A stretch of DNA of 64,000 nt from positions 1-64,000 of the forward strand of contig JAAOMT010000762.1 in NCBI GenBank assembly GCA_016748015.1, in the 5' to 3' direction. The notes under the pieces were generated by a model. The model was not told the DNA's origin. It saw only the letters and a list, made by a program, of their open reading frames with translations, and ran no database searches. Position 1 is the first letter of the stretch; the number at the start of each line of letters is the position of its first letter. Source of the stretch: Geosiphon pyriformis uo1 (lineage: Eukaryota > Fungi > Glomeromycota). Below are positions 61,211 through 64,000 of this stretch, one piece after another. A program made the position numbers and the translations under genes.

Positions 61211-62762
61211 ATGGACTATTTCAGTAGGTGGAAGAGTGAAAAGAGGTATATAGTAATGTCATTAAAAGCAAAAGAAAGTATTGTTATTATTATTTGTTTT
61301 TGGGCAAAAACCAGTCTTAGGTATTTTAAAAAGGAAAGAAAAGTCACATCTCTTTATATGTATCAGAAACACAACCAGCAACAAGAAGAAACCAAAACTA
61401 CTTAAGAATATTATAACCAGAATTTTTTCAATTAGTCGTTAAAAGGATGTGGTATTCAAATGTTTGCTTTGAAAATGAAATTATAGGAATTATAAAAGAT
61501 TGTAAGAGTAAAACATAACTAAAATAGATTTAAACTTTTTATTGTTGAGACCACTTTCTAACAACATGATACTTTATTACTTATTTTAATATTTTAACAA
61601 CTTGTTTGGTGAAACAAGACTTAATGTGAAATGATAATAACACATGATTTAAAAGATCAGAAGTAATAGAAAGCTTGATAATATTGTTAACAAATAGATA
61701 AAAAGTTATAAATAATGTGATTCCAAATAGTGATAAGGAATATGAGAAGGCATACTTAAAATGATGATAACAAGTATTTAGAGCATAGAAAAAAAGAAAG
61801 AGAAAGTAAGAGGTAGAGAAAAAGACTAACTGCTCACTATAAAACTATAGCAAAAAGTTGGCTCAATATTGAACTGATGCTTTTCTGAGCTGACAGAGAA
61901 GCTGTATATATAGCTAAATTACATCAGATCTACATACTATATTAAGACTATTTAAAATACATCAATTATTTTTATATATTAATTTAATCAATTTATGATA
62001 AACTTACTTGGCATGTTGTTTTCTCAGAGCTAGTGATTTTTAAATAATCAGATTTAGATGGCTGGATTTAGAACATTAATTGTAAATCAATGATACCAAT
62101 TGTGATTATGATTAACATAATCAGAAATAGATCAATTGATTACATTTCTTGGTAACTACTTTTAATCATTGATTGCAGATCTGGAATGTTAAATTGTTCC
62201 AATAAGGACGTATGAGAATTTTGGAGCATAACAAAACCTGTTGTTATCTGATTACATGCATCAATCATTCATTTCCATTGGTGTTTCTTAGTTTGCCAAG
62301 ATTTTTTTGTATCCAACTTAGTTAAACTGTTGGATTGTGCCATATTTTTTTGTTGTAATTGGATTGATTGCTGATCATTTATTTCCAGATTGCTGGCTGA
62401 TTTTGTTGATTAAGTGTGATAATATAGGCTTTTTTCACATAATTTTGATGTTAATTTCTATTATATGTGTTGTAATTTTTGCATTAAAAAGTGTGAAAAT
62501 CTTCCAGTAACAACAAGAATGCTTAGCAGTAGTTTAGGCTACTAGTTACTGGGAGCAATATCTTCTTGGTGCAAAATTCTTAGTGGTAACAAATCATCAA
62601 GCCTTGGTTTGGCTGCACAATAAAAAGAAGCTAGAACACAAATGAATAACTCACTGGATACTCCACTTGGATGAATTTGACTATGATATTCAACACCACA
62701 AAAAAACAAATTATCAAAATGCTGATGCTCTCTCTAGACTTACCATCCAGTGATAGTACAAC

Positions 62763-64000
62763 TTTTTTTTTTTTTTTTTTATGTTAACATGTAGTCACAC
62801 TGGTTGTTTATTAGTTAAGCCACAGTAATGTGGTGGTTTCACAAAGCCAGCTCATCCAATAATACAAAAATCACAAGATGCAGCTAATCACAAGTGGAAA
62901 GCCCTAACTACACACTAGTATTATCTTTGTTATCTAATGTATTAAACATATCTAATTCATACATCTTACCCATAATGCTAACAAGCTCATGACTATTTTT
63001 AACCATACCACTTATCCACTTAGCAGTCTGATTAGGACTGGATTTGATTCTAGAAGGCTAATCTTCTCATAGATGCATCATAACATCAAAGGTATTATCA
63101 TAAACTGAAAAGTCTTTATCTTTATTATCATCATTATCAACATTATCAACCATGTTATTACTATCTGATCTATTTTCCAAGCAGGCCCATTTACATATTT
63201 TCTCAAAGCATGTTATTCTTTTCTGCATTATGGTGGTAACAGCAGCCAAGCCTTTATTTTGCTTAGCCAATCCATCTACACATTCCTTAACTGACACATT
63301 CACAACAGATAGAGTAGACAGCAATTTGGTAACCAATGCAACCAGAGCACCAACAGGTTTAACTAAGAATTTTATCAACACAGATAGTTCACTAAGGTGG
63401 GATTCAAAAGAAGCCAACCTAGATTCAACAGCAAAATTGAAAACAGAAGAGACAGCAGGCAACATGGGTGTTGTAGTTTTGGAAGAACCACCAAGATCCA
63501 AGTCTATATCAGCAGCAGCAGCACCAAGAAGAACCACAAAAACAGCAGCCTTGGCATAAGATTTAGATCCAACAAATGAAAGTTTAAAATTTTTGGGGCC
63601 ACCAAAGGTGTTGGAAAAGAGTTTAGGTGGGAGAGAAGGCAACTTCTTGCAGTTCACAGCCAAATAATTCAAGTCTTGGCATCTGTTTTCCATTAGATGC
63701 AACAACCATACAAGGTACCAGTTTTTGACACTATAACATTCAGAAATTCCAAAAAATCAAAAATAACCACAGCAAAGCATTGATGTTGATAAGATTCAGG
63801 GGAGTAAGGAATAAAACATGTATGGCCACCAACTTGGAAGACCAAATCACTTATTTTAAAGACAGTACAGCCAAATGGAAGATTGACCAACTTAGTTTTA
63901 AATGCATCTTTTAAGAAGATAATCTCCTTTTGGTTGGTGATGGAAAGAATCCTAACACTATTTTTTTTGACTAATACAGATGAGTTAGAAAAAGCAGCAG
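62763..64000 (-). mobile_element. B5: ORF1-only retroposon, 3' part (runs off the window)
   Basis: Poly(T) 62763-62780, family 3' UTR, ORF1 C-terminal half. Confidence 0.9.

Larger units (their letters stand above)
60578..62512. mobile_element. Unrelated non-coding TG...CA insertion (~1.4 kb without its nested element), probable solo LTR of another family
   Basis: tgttatcag...ccagtaaca; TSD acag/acaa; interrupts G5 RNase H precisely. Confidence 0.7.
53419..62762 (+). mobile_element. G5: decayed Gypsy (LTR 53419-54085, PBS 54092-54110, gag, PR, RT, RH) with nested insertions
   Basis: gag ATG 54139 resumes at 56641; RT 59628-60300; RH resumes at 62513; cut by B5. Confidence 0.9.

Noticed and set aside
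60876-61405. Short ORFs 60876-61160 and 61211-61405
   Set aside because: The first is generated by the 9-bp array and the second is short and featureless; neither resembles a transposase.

Overview
Gene-free, AT-rich, CpG-depleted eukaryotic DNA made almost entirely of nested, decayed retroelements. The style is early-diverging fungal (Glomeromycota-like); that assignment is inference only. Three main families are present. (G) A Ty3/Gypsy LTR family with ~630-710 bp TGTTAC...GTAACA LTRs, 4-bp TSDs, a PBS matching an elongator-type tRNA-Met, a gag/pol -1 frameshift signal and an extra ORF after integrase; five large copies plus solo and partial LTRs. (C) A ~7.4-kb LINE: ORF1 with RRM-RRM-CCHC, ORF2 with APE-RT-RNase H-zinc finger, poly(A) and a 13-bp TSD; one full copy and two fragments. 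(B) A ~2.3-kb poly(A)-tailed element in five copies that encodes only a divergent ORF1 yet shares the LINE's 5' motif, last codons, stop codon and 3' UTR, making it a HAL1-like non-autonomous partner. Other notable signals: split antisense copies of the tRNA-Met anticodon arm in every LTR, a probable 57-nt intron that creates the LINE ORF1 start, a 528-bp TIR element with LTR-like TGTTAC ends, and near-exclusive C>T/G>A divergence between copies. No intact host gene, RNA gene or CRISPR array is seen. All alignments and counts were done by eye.
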